Shown here in pieces: positions 1 through 11,830 of a stretch of DNA of 64,000 nt; the stretch's first letter is position 1; each line of letters opens with the position of its first letter. Origin of the DNA: the human T2T-CHM13v2.0 reference genome, Homo sapiens. The notes beneath the pieces were generated by a model. That model worked only from the letters and a program-made list of their open reading frames with translations, was not told the DNA's origin and did not search any database. Position numbers and translations under genes: made by a program. The stretch lies in the NCBI RefSeq assembly GCF_009914755.1, contig NC_060927.1. One strand, given 5' to 3'.

Positions 1-307
1 GCTTCTTTGGTAAAGCTCCACAATGGCCATCTCCATGAAGCCTGTAAAACCCATCAACCTCAACTAGGACCTGGTTTCTGTCATCACCTTCAATCTCAGA
101 CAAGCATGAAGGTGAAGGATGCAGGATCTGATTTCCTCGGCATTTACTGAAGGAGCAGGTAATACCACCAGACATAAGGAATTAATTGTCCTTGGTGTGA
201 ACAATGACTAGTGGGGGACAGGAAGCAAGAGGAAACCAGAGAGCAAATGACTCTTTCACCCCTTTCCTCTGGACTGTTTGGAAACACGGTGGCTCTAAAC
301 ACCTTCC

Positions 308-821
308 TTGCTTTTGTCTTTCTTTCTTTCTTTTTTCTTTAGAATTATTAGATTTTATTTTTCCCTAGAGCTCTTAAACTTTAGCTTCACCAAGTAACAG
401 GTCGACTTTCGGAATAACAACTCTTTCCTAGGCTGTATCCCTTTCCAGGAGACAGAATTCATGAAATAACTTGGTTCCAGGATGTTTCCACCCCAGAATT
501 CTAAACCAGTCACAGAATCATATCTTCTTCGGTCTTGATTAGAATCAAACAATCTATAGACAAATGTAACAGAATCAAAATAGTATATAATGTTTCTTTC
601 CTTCTCTTGCTCAATACACTTCCCTCTTTTCCCCCAAAGAGTTCGTTACTCAAAGATGTATGAGTACAGTCAGCCCTCCATATCCATGGGTTCTGCATCC
701 ATGGGTTCAACCAACTGCCAATCAAAAATATCCAGAAAAAATATTCCACAAAGTTCCAAAAAAGCAAAACTTGAATTTGCTGAACACCAAGCACTATGTT
801 GAATCCATGCAAATGAAATGT
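308..821 (-). other. Polyadenylated retroposed insert of unknown source (5'-truncated retrocopy or orphan transduction)
   Basis: T-rich tract 308-340 (A-tail on -), AATAAA on - at 354-359, and imperfect flanking direct repeat tctaaacacctt (294-305) / tctacacacctt (824-835). Confidence 0.55.
667..820 (-). mobile_element. MER2/MER2B-like TcMar-Tigger fragment
   Basis: Terminus 'cagtcagccctccatatccatgggttctgcatccatgggttcaaccaac' follows a TA; 'ttccacaaagttccaaaaaagcaaaacttgaatttgc' is internal. Confidence 0.7.
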
Positions 822-930
822 GTTCTACACACCTTTCTAAAGCTATCCAGCTAGACAGAGCAATCAATGGAACTTGCTACAAAGCTGTGGCCAGTTCAGT
901 AACATACTCCCTCCTTTAGTGCCTTTTTTC

Positions 931-1243
931 TTTCCTTTTTAAATTATTTTATTTCATTTTATTTTTAGACTTGAGGGTACACGTGCAGGTTTGGTACAAG
1001 GATATATTGCACAATGCTGAGATTTGGGTTTCCAGTGATCTTATCACCCAAATAGTGAACATAGTACCTGATAGGTAGTTTTTCAACCCTTGCCCTTCTA
1101 CTTTCCCTCTCCACTTTTGGAATCCTCAGTGTCTACTGTTCCCATCCTTGAGTCCATAGGTACTCCATGTTTAGCTTCCACTTACAAGTGAGAACCTACA
1201 GTATTTGGTTTTCTGTTTCTGTGTTAATTTGCTTAGGATAACA
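931..1243 (-). mobile_element. L1 3' end (L1PA15/16-like), 5'-truncated
   Basis: L1 3'UTR motifs ('atattgcacaatgctgagatttggg', 'atagtacctgataggtagtttttcaacc'), T-rich tail, TSD agtgccttttttc / agtgctttttttc. Confidence 0.85.
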
Positions 1244-2459
1244 AGTGCTTTTTTTCCCTTTATCTCTGCTTTGCTGGAATAGCTCTCCTTAATAATGTGT
1301 TAGCAGTAAGGTTTTGACTTAGTCTTTCTAGGGAAATTGGGCTGAGATAGGCATCACTGGATAGTTGCTATTATTATTGGTATTCCCCCTAACCGAGACT
1401 TTTTAAGTTACTACTTTATTCAGACCATCTTGCTATGCAACCCAGCATAACCTCTCTATTTGTTATAAAAGAGCAAATGGCTTATAACATTTTAGAGACA
1501 TTCTAGCAGTTCTAGAAAGAGAAGGATTTAAAGACATCTGTTACCAACTAGCTATATATTTATATAACTGACTCTCAATCTGTTTAGGCATAGGGTGTTA
1601 TATTATGGTTTAGAATTTGTATTAGTAGATTTTGATTGTAATTTTAAGCCTAAATTTTCTATTTTTTATTATATCCACAATATATAATGAGAATGAGCAT
1701 CTTAAATGTCTTAGAGTTTGAACATTTTTTGTGGACATTTGTAGGCACTGAAGGTTGCAGAGCAATGAAACGATGTGATCAGAGTATAAAGCTTTGTGGA
1801 GATGAGCCTGGAAGTTGGTGGGATTTGAAACAAAGAGTCAATGTCCAATGTTAAAGGCTATGGACAGCTGGGCACTAGTAGTACAGTAGGCCTCCTTAGA
1901 CATGGGGAGGACCCCAAACAACTCTCTAATTTGGAAGTAAGTAAGAGGAGGGAAGCTGAAAAAATTCGATGAATGCACCCCAAGGATTCTCAGTAATTGT
2001 ACAAATATCTACTCTTCATTCCCTAGTGATGAGATGAAGACAACCAGATATTTGAACATTTATTAAACACCTGACATCTGACCATGCAAATAATTATACA
2101 TCCATAATCCCATTTAACCGTCTTTAAAAAAGTGACATGTAGGCAAATAAATGACCTTTGCTATTATCATTAATGTGTGTTTAAGATGTATTCTTGTCCT
2201 TAAATTGAGGAGTAAGTGATTCTAAAACCCTGATGCTCTCCATGGCTTTTAGAAATAAAAACTTAAATGTGTGACTAAAATTTGCAGGCATCTGCTGTAC
2301 TTAAAGCGGAGCTAGATATTTGTGGAATCATTAGCTTTCTACTTGGCGTGAGACTTGCCCTAGCAGCTTTCATTATGAACTCAACTTTTCTAGTGGACAC
2401 CAGGAAATACTTCTGATTGCTCAAATCTCTATCTGAATTTCCATTTAGCCCTCTTAACA

Positions 2460-2620
2460 ATTTTTAAAGTATGCATTCTTACTCCATTTCATAGATGAGG
2501 AAAGCTCTACTCAAAGGGTTGAGTACTAAGTGTTGCACATCCCCTGTGTGACCAAATCAGAATTTAAACCAGAAATTTATGACTAATTCTTGTGCTCTCT
2601 ACTCTACACCACACTGCCTG
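2460..2620. mobile_element. MIR SINE fragment
   Basis: MIR core 'ccatttcatagatgaggaaa'. Confidence 0.55.
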
Positions 2621-4356
2621 TCACAAATACTGACCTGCATGGTTGAAGACCCAGTGAGTGATAGAAACACAATTGGACCATACAAGGCAGTCTATAATCA
2701 AGATAACAGAACTGGTTGAAGATTTTCTTCTGTCTTCTCTTTTTTCTTACAAGTATGAGTAATGCCTATCTTTGACATGTCAAAAATAGGTTATTATCCA
2801 AAGAATCCTTGAACACTGTTTTTATGTTCCAGGACCAAGGCATCTGAACAATCTTGTTATAAAATGCAAGAAGAAATCATTGCAGTAACTATATATACTA
2901 TTTCCAGATGTAAAGTTTTACTTTATCAAGTGGTATTTGCTATCTTAAAACTCAGTGATGTTTTTTGGACTCGGAGTTGTTTCATCCATTTCTTCTTCAG
3001 CAGCAAGACCATTGTTGTGTATGGCACTCATGATGTCTTTACTTCAGTAAACTTAGGAAATGTTCTAAGCATGAGTAAAATTGTTTATAGGCTTGCCAGT
3101 GCAGCTGCGGGGGAGTTAAAGTAATTTACCATAGCATCATACTAAATGCAAATTTTACTAAAGTAATCAAAGAGTTAATAGGTTTAAACTGAGTTCTTTA
3201 TTCTGTCAATAAAATTAACATGAGTTTATAAAACAGAGTGATTCTAACATGTTATTCTGTGATGTGCAGGAGCTTATACTTTTTAAAAAGAGTGGATAGG
3301 AAATGTTTCTTGGAAACATCTCCCTCTTCAGGAGGGGGCCTAATTCTCTCAACCTCTGCTGAAACCCATTACCAACTTTCCTCTAATTCCTGGCCCTAAC
3401 ATTTTACTACATCATTATTTAATAACATTGCAGATTGATTTTACTCTAAGCAAACCATAAAGATAAATTGCAAAACTGATTAGAGATGATTCCTTACTTT
3501 GCATGAATACTTGCTATACAGCGACTTCAAAGAGCTTATTGAAAATAAAATTCTCTCTGTAAAGACATCTGTTTTAATATATAAGCTTCTGGGAATATTA
3601 GCCATCCTTGATGCTCCAGTGATGCATACTTATAAATGAGTGCTCATAGCTCTTGGAGCTACTGGGGTGAGACCACACTAGGCATGAGCTGTGTTTACTC
3701 CCATCTTTACTGCTGGATTTGATATAGAATATCTTTTTTCTCTACAAACCATTATCTATTTTCAGAACTCAGTTGACTCTGTGGGGGTGGTAGCAGAGAA
3801 AGTGTACATGTGCAGAGAACATCTGTCTTTTTGCCTCACTGGAAAGTAAACTCCATGAAAGTAGGCTCTATGAATGGTTTTGCTGATTGTGGTATCCATA
3901 GGACCTAGCAGTACTTGGCACATGACAGCTGTTCAATAGAGGTCTGTTTAGTTTGTTTACTTGTTCAGTCATTTGTTATTTTATTCATGTAACATGTATT
4001 GAATGCTGGTCTAGGCACTGAAGAAGTTAAATGAAGTGTTAAAATATGTATATGTGTATGTTTGTGTGTATAAGTTTTCTACAGCTCCAGATCTACGCGT
4101 TTCTGATAAATTAGTAGCATTGATTCTGAAGGCAATAGTATAGGAATATTTGCTAGTTTAAGTTACTGACGGAGCTGTGATAACTATTACTATGTGGGTG
4201 AGGAAACCTCTTTTCTGATGTCAGAGGGAAGAATCTTTCTATTAGAAGTTAAATGTATTCCTAGAATATAATTTTAAAATGTAAATTAGTCTTTCGTTAG
4301 AAATAACATTTAAAAATTGCACTTAAAAATTTTAAGTCTAATAGTAGCAACATAAG

Positions 4357-4718
4357 TATATTAGTCTGTTCTCATGTTGCTATAAGGAAATACCCACGAC
4401 TGGGTAATTTATAAAGAAAACAGGTTTGATTGACTCACAGTTCCACATGGCTGGGGAGGCCTCAGGAAACTTACAATCATGGCCGAAGGCACCTCTTTAC
4501 AGGGCGGCAGGAGAGAGAGAGTGCCAGCAGGGGAAATGCCAGATGCTTATAAAACCATCAGATCTTGTGAGAACTCACTCACTACCACAAGAACAGCATG
4601 GGGGAAACTGCCCCCACGATTCAATTACCTCCCACTTGGTCCCTCCCACAACACGTGGGGATTATGGGGATTACAATTCAAGATGAGATTTGGGTGGGAA
4701 CACAACCAAACCGTATCA
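4357..4718 (-). mobile_element. THE1 (THE1D-like) MaLR solo LTR
   Basis: Full LTR from 'tatattagtctgttctc' to 'caaaccgtatca', with 'gaaggcacctctttacagggcggcagg' and a 5-bp TSD ataag/gtaag. Confidence 0.9.
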
Positions 4719-4949
4719 GTAAGCTAGCAATATATGAATAGTAATATACTTAGTTTAGTGTAACAAAAAACCATTTAACTCACACTATGGCCCAAAATAA
4801 TATAGCTTCCATTTCATACACTTTTCATTGGAAAATGTGTTCTGATTTTCTAATTTATTCATTTTTATATATCCAGCTTCATCCTTGCCACAGTATAGGT
4901 GCTTAAAATATATTTACTGAATGGTTAAGTTTCCAAATATGTGAAAAGT

Positions 4950-5370
4950 TATGACAAATCACTAAGAAAAAGAAAATCATCTTAATAGGTAAACTGCACA
5001 AGATATGAATATAACATCCAGTTCAAAAGAGAAAAATGTTTATTATATTTTTGTAGAAATGTAAAACATGCTAAATTTAAAAAATTTAGAAAGTTAAGAC
5101 AATAAGTTTTCTCCCACTGAATTGACAAAGGTTTAAAGAGAATGAAAAGAATCATTGTGAGGTGTAAAGATATATAGTACAGTTATAAATAGCTTTGGGT
5201 TATGCATGTTGGCATAGTGTTTCTGGAAGACTATTAGGAAAAATATTTCATAAGCTTTATTAAGTATATGCCATTTGACTCAGCAATTCTACTTCTAGGA
5301 ATTCATTCTTAAAGAGATTATCTGACAATAGGACTAAACTGTGTGTACAAGGATAATTTATAGCAATGAA
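4950..5370 (+). mobile_element. Ancient L1M ORF2 3' fragment
   Basis: Motif 'ccatttgactcagcaattctacttctaggaatt'. Confidence 0.6.
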
Positions 5371-5371
5371 A

Positions 5372-5487
5372 TAGTCTGCCTCCAGACTGTCTTTAGACTC
5401 AAGACTACAACAATAAATTTGCCAGCTAGCTAGCCTGCCCCATAGATTTGTCTTGCCAATCCCTACAATCACATGAGCTAATTCTTT

Positions 5488-5565
<78 letters not shown>

Positions 5566-5604
5566 CCCATTTGTTCTGTTTCTCTGAAGAACCTTGGCTA
5601 ATAT
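5372..5604 (+). mobile_element. MLT2-family (ERVL) LTR 3' part
   Basis: 'acaatcacatgagctaattctttaaaat', then a microsatellite, then 'ttctgtttctctgaagaaccttggctaata'. Confidence 0.75.
5492..5561. repeat. (TC)n(CA)n compound microsatellite
   Basis: Directly visible. Confidence 0.98.
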
Positions 5605-5659
5605 GGTACGGAGTTGTCAGCCAGGATGGATCCTTCTGGGGAGGATAAGCATCCCAGGC

Positions 5660-6310
5660 GTCTTGGGCTGGTTCCCTAGAAGGAGACCCTGAGAAGACTT
5701 GTGTGCCAGTGATTTATTAAAGAAGTGCTTCAGCGAGATCTTGAAATCAAGTGGGAGAAGCATGACAGGGAAGAGGAAGAGGCCAAACAAGGATGCAGCT
5801 TTACACAAAGTCCTAGCCCCTTCCTGGCATTGCAGGAGAGCTCTGGAGGATAAATTACACCTCAAAGTTTATCCTGAGTGGAGACAAGGGAGCCAGGTTT
5901 TCCAGCAATGGCACTATTAGTTAAGAACTGTTGGACACATAGAGGAGAACAACACACACTGGGGCCATTCAGAGGGTGGAGCGTGGGAGGAGGGAGAGGA
6001 TCAGAAAAAATAAATGAGTGCTAGGTGTAACACCTGGGTGGTGAAATAATTTGCACAACAAAACCCCATGACACAAGTTTACCTATGTAAAAATCCTGCA
6101 CTTGTACCCCTGAACTTAAAAGTTAAAAAGAGAAAAAACAAAAGAACTATCCCTAGGGGTAGGGGTGGTTGGTCAATATCCAGGCACTTCTGGATGCCTG
6201 TCTTTGCAGGCAAAGTGGCTTCTGTAGCCCAAGAGAAATCCTCCTGAGAGAGTCCCAGGTGTGGTGTCAGTGGCACAGACACACAGAAGCCAGAGGAGGG
6301 GCACACAGAA
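5660..6310 (-). mobile_element. LTR16-like ERVL solo LTR interrupted by an L1 fragment
   Basis: 'gtcttgggctggttccctagaaggagaccctgag...gatttatt' and 'gagctctggaggataaattacacctcaaag'. Confidence 0.55.
5930..6141 (+). mobile_element. L1 3' end (L1PA13-16-like)
   Basis: 3'UTR 'aaccccatgacacaagtttacctatgt...tacccctgaacttaaaa', A-rich tail, TSD aagaact. Confidence 0.85.
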
Positions 6311-7199
6311 ACTGTGAAAAGAATTGGAACTTATCTCTGTTATTAAGAGAGAGAACCAGAGAAATGTTAGTTAATAAGTGGATCATAGCCTTATTCTGAT
6401 GCCACTGGAAAAATGTTTGTTAGACTGCGCTGCTGGAACTCAACTGATTCATTAAACACAGATGGTTTTCTGTTCTGTTTTGTAAAGTGAGGCTCACCTG
6501 TAAAATTTGACATGTTTACAATAGTACTTTAATGACTTGGTAGTAGGCACTCTCTTCTTTTTTCGTCATCGTATCCACCTAGAGTTAGGAGTTCATTGCT
6601 ATTGGCAAATAGTCTGTAAAATATAGAACTTTTTTTTTTCATCTCTACCTCACACTAATGGTGTTTAATGAATTTACCTTTGCTTAGCAGACATCAAAAT
6701 AACTGAGCACTTTGCTTTGCTCGATGAAAATATCAGTTAGAAGGTTGCTTGGGGTAGGGAGCTAAGCCCTGGTTATGTAGGGTATGTATTTTCTGAGAAC
6801 AGAAAGGCAAAAGTAGAAGTGTAGACCTGTGAACACAGTGTATGAACATTTCATTGGAGCAGAAGCCTGTACAGTGACAATTGGTGGTAAACAAACTGTG
6901 TTTAACTGGAAAAGGAGCATGAAGTTTAATATGTACAAGGTAAAAGTGATTCTTCCTTGCTAAACTAAAAAATACTGCCAACTCTAGAATTCCTGTTAAG
7001 ATTTCCCCAGTAGTATTAATGTTCAACGCACCTGCCTGTTGTTTCTCTGAAGAACCTTGACTGATATGATAGTATGCTCTATTTATTAGGAACTTTGTGC
7101 TAGATATTATATGAGAGAGAAAAGAAGTGGAAAGATCAGTCTGCCTCTAAGAAATCCATAGCATAGGTGAGGACAAACATCTATCGGTTGGACCTATAA

Positions 7200-7440
7200 G
7201 AATAATAGCCATAAGTTATTTGGTGGGCTGCTATCTCTGCCAGGCATTGTACTAGGCATTTTGCTCCCATAACCTAATCTAATCTTCACTACAGCATTGC
7301 AAGTTATAAATTGCTATTCTCATTTTGAAATGAGGAAAATGAGGCTTAGACAAAATAAGTTCTTAGGATAAAATAACTTGTTACTGCTTGATTAAGGATT
7401 TGAATCTGAACCAAAGTCATCTTTTTACTAAGCTAACTGC
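7200..7440. mobile_element. MIR SINE
   Basis: Core 'ctcattttgaaatgaggaaaatgaggcttaga' and 'ggatttgaatc'. Confidence 0.7.
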
Positions 7441-7489
7441 TTAAGAATAGTGTCAGAAAGCTTGGCATCCAAATTAATCTGAGACTCAA

Positions 7490-7850
7490 AGAAACACACA
7501 AAGACCATTAGAAGTTAATTTTTAAAAAGCTGTGTTTGAAGCAAAAGGTCAATGAAGAAACAATGTGCTGATTAGGGCCACCATTATAATACTGAAAAGT
7601 GATAGGAAGAAGCAGAAGCCCTCAAGTTTTGTTTTGCGTTTGTCTTTACTATCAAATAGAGTGATCTTCAAATCATAGGAGGGTGAAACAAACGGTGGTT
7701 ACTGAGAAATCTAAATCTATATAGGTAAAGATATTTTGAGACAGCACCTAACAGATTTAAATGAGCTCAGGTCTCCTGCTAGATGAAACATGCCCTTGAA
7801 GACTAGGACAACCTAAAACAGATCAATACTCATAGTCCCTTCCAGCACCC
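7490..7850 (+). mobile_element. Possible L3/CR1 LINE relic
   Basis: Weak resemblance: 'ttttgcgtttgtctttact' and 'tttaaatgagctcaggtctcctgctagatgaa'. Confidence 0.35.
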
Positions 7851-9039
7851 TGCATAATAGTGTGTATTTTAATTTATAGGTACATATATACTTCTATGGT
7901 TATGTCAAGAATTATTTTTCTATCTAGACTCTGAGCTCTAAGTGTGTTGTTTCTCCACCCCCTGCCCCAGTTCCTCTGGTAGCTAGTACCTCTGGTAGCT
8001 AGTGAGTTGGGACTCAGCCTATTTTCAAAGAACAAAGGAGCTTGCTGAATCCTTGTATGTGGCTTCTGAGAAATCAGTGAGAACTGAGGATGATAATGTC
8101 TGTCTGATTTTGAAAAAGATATTGATGGCAAATAGCCCTTTTAACAAGAAGTCACAAACTGGTGGCTTATAGGACAGACACATAAAGCTGTTAAGAATCT
8201 GTTGACTAGTACAGAAGAGGTTATTGAATCTGAGTACTTTTAGGGACATGTATCTTCTAGTTTATAAGTTTCCACCTCCCTCTGTTGTGTTCCCCAATTT
8301 TATCCCATGGGTAATTCTTGGTTGTATCTATGGTTTAGAATCCAATAGATTTTTAACATTGATCCTATTCAACGTTCTAGAATACATAATGGCAAGACTG
8401 GATGTAAGACACAGGAAATATAGTTTTCAATGAACTCCTTTCTGTGACACCATTTAGCAAAAGAATACAGTAAATTGGGACAGTGGAAACTAAATAATTC
8501 TATTAGTGATCTAGTGTAGACAGCATGTTTATTAATGATAGAAAGCACTGGTAAATCATGCTTACATCTAATTTTCCAATATGTTTCTAAATAATATACT
8601 TGTATACAGTATTTCTTAATTCATCAGTTGTATTTGGCATTTTCAGACTTTCTATTTTGAAGATATAGTACTCAGAATCAGAATAATATTCAGGATCTAA
8701 TAACATATTGAGTGATTGGGGAAATAAATTTCTTAAAACAGAATAGAGACAGAAGTTAACCTCCCACAACAAGATGTCATAAAAACCCCCAGCAACTCTC
8801 CTACATGAAATATGGACATATTTAAAAATTTCTCTAAATTATCACCATCATTTCCACTCCTACTCAGTTTTTCCCATTCAGTCTGTTTAAGGATAGAGCA
8901 TCTTAGGTTCTAAAGAGAAAGGTTGTATATTTCCTATCTTGTCACACTCATTTAAAAACAGTATACAGAGGAAATAATTTGAACAGTGTGCAGGGTTCTA
9001 CTTCTATCTCACGATGAATATGATGATTATATTAGTATT

Positions 9040-9200
9040 GGGCAGAGACCTTGGTTTGATAAGAAATTGGTCTGTGTGATCTTGAAGAAATGATGTCTCT
9101 GAGCCTTTTCCTCCGAAATAAAGTTAATATTGCCTACCCTAAAGGGTTGTTGTGAGGCTCATATGAGATTGTATATAATGCCTACCCTATACTGAATGGT
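9040..9200. mobile_element. MIR SINE fragment
   Basis: 'tgtgtgatcttg...ctctgagcc...cctaccctaaagggttgttgtgagg'. Confidence 0.65.
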
Positions 9201-9413
9201 TTAGGGGCCAGCACTGCTCATCAGATACATTATTTTATGTATACTCCACAATAAATCTGGTATCAACTGGGTACTTTGTGGCCACTATAGTTCCAAGAAA
9301 AATCAAATCTCAAAATTTAAAATCCTCTTTGGATTTCTGCTAATTCCCAAGGATGTTATTTTTAAGGGCTATCTCAGACTAGTGGATCCTCCATTGGTTG
9401 CCAACTATGTTTT

Positions 9414-10237
9414 ATTTTTATTTATTTATTTTTTATTATTATACTTTAAGTTTTAGGGTACATGTGCACAATGTGCAGGTTAGTTACATAGGTATACATG
9501 TGCCATGCTGGTGCACTGCACCCACTAACTCGTCATCTACCATTAGGTATATCTCCCAATGCTATCCCTCTCCCCTCCCCCCACCCCACAACAGTCCCCA
9601 GAGTGTGATGTTCCCCTTCCTGTGTCCATGTGTTCTCATTGTTCAATTCCCACCTATGAGTGAGAATATGCGGTGTTTGGTTTTTTGTTCTTGCGATAGT
9701 TTACTGAGAATGATGATTTCCAATTTCATCCATATCCCTACAAAGGACATGAACTCATCATTTTTTATGGCTGCATAGTATTCCATGGTGTATATGTGCC
9801 ACATTTTCTTAATCCAGTCTATCATTGTTGGACATTTGGGTTGGTTCCAAGTCTTTGCTATTGTGAATAGTGCCGCAATCAACATACGTGTGCATGTGTC
9901 TTTATAGCAGCATGATTTATAGTCCTTTGGGTATATACCCAGTAATGGGATGGCTGGGTCAAATGGTATTTCTAGTTCTAGATCCCTGAGGAATCACCAC
10001 ACTGACTTCCACAATGGTTGAACTAGTTTACAGTCCCACCAACAGTGTAAAAGTGTTCCTGTTTCTCCACATCCTCTCCAGCACCTGTTGTTTCCTGACT
10101 TTTTAATGATTGCCATTCTAACTGGTGTGAGATGGTATCTCATTGTGGTTTTGATTTGCATTTCTCTGATGGCCAGTGATGGTGAGCATTTTTTCATGTG
10201 TTTTTTGGCTGCATAAATATCTTCTTTTGAGAAGTGA
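9414..10237 (-). mobile_element. L1PA2/L1PA3-type 3' fragment (~820 bp, 5'-truncated)
   Basis: ORF2 C-terminal peptides (9643-9885, 9994-10197), 3'UTR, A-tail, and perfect 13-bp TSD ccaactatgtttt (9401-9413, 10238-10250). Confidence 0.96.
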
Positions 10238-10962
10238 CCAACTATGTTTTAAAGAATGACAATTTCTTCTTTAGTTTCTTCATCAGAAATCACTCACACC
10301 AATCATTTTGAGTTTAAAATATGGTGCTGATGATTTTATAGTGTCACGGAGAAAATATATATGTGGCACAAAATTTCACCTTCTTGCTGCCTACTGACTC
10401 TTAACCACCCCTACAATTTTTTAAACCTTTTTTTCTTCTTAGATTTACCTAGAAATTTCAAATTGGTTTATTCTATTATGCAAAACAAATTCTCCTTTCT
10501 AAAAGTTTATGCATCTGATATTCAGGCTCTTGAGATCCCACCTTCCACGTCATCATTTGCAAATATAGTTTTTTAAAAAAGTAATGCTACATCTATCAAT
10601 ATAATACATTTATATAGTTAAAAAATCAAATAAGACTAATGGGTGCATTTAAAAAAATATATGGTCTTGTCCTATTTTTCCTTGTTCTTCAGTCGTACTC
10701 TGCTAATTTTATGAACTTCAGCTCTTTTTTGGTTTCTTCTGTAATTGTCCAGCATCTTTTAAAATATTTATACGTGTACCTCTGTTTCTTAATCTATCAA
10801 TCTTAGTATTTTTAGAGTTGCTATATTGGTAGTTCAGGACCTTTCCATTTTAATGCACTCCCTCCACACATACACACATTATCTCTTACTGTTATCTCAG
10901 TATCAGTTTAACACAATTTTTAAGTAACTCAGTACCCAGTCTCCACATCATTGAATAGTTGA

Positions 10963-11315
<353 letters not shown>

Positions 11316-11654
11316 CTATTTTTATCATTCTATTACTCTATTTTCCGTTTTTCCAAAGGCTCCAATAAATCTGTATTTTTTCAAATGTTAAAGCATAGGT
11401 AACACACATACAGGTTTTTTTCCCATCTGAAACGAGGCCTCCTATTCTTCCATCATTCTCCAATCTCAGCTGGTTACACTCTAGGCCTCATGATCAAAAG
11501 TCATCCTGGAATTTCCGTAATCTTCTTCAGTGCTCAATCCTATTTCTAAAATACTATGTTCTCCTCCTTTTCTTTTTCTTTCTCTCTTCCTCTTCCTTTT
11601 CCCCCGTCTCCTCCTCCTCCTTCTCCTCCTCCTGCTTCTTTTGTAGCTAACATT

Positions 11655-11830
11655 TTAAAAAATTAATTTTTATTTTTAATAGTTTTAGGATACAGCTCTT
11701 TTTTGTTGTTACATGAATAAATTCTTTAGTGTTGATTTTTGAGATTTTGGTGGACCCATCACCTGAGCACTGTACACTGTACCGAATAGGTAGTCTTTTA
11801 TTCCTCACTCCTTTCCCATTCTTTCCCCCA
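11655..11830 (-). mobile_element. L1PB-like 3' end fragment
   Basis: 'ttctttagtgttgatttttgagattttggtggacccatcacctgagcactgtacactgtacc'. Confidence 0.8.

Larger units (their letters stand above)
1..1350 (+). mobile_element. Old ERVL-class solo LTR (LTR16-like), split by two later insertions
   Basis: Segments 1-307, 822-930 and 1244-1350 resemble LTR16-family sequence and end in 'aataatgtgttagca...tttctagggaaattgggctgagata'. They join across the TSDs of the inserts. Confidence 0.4.
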
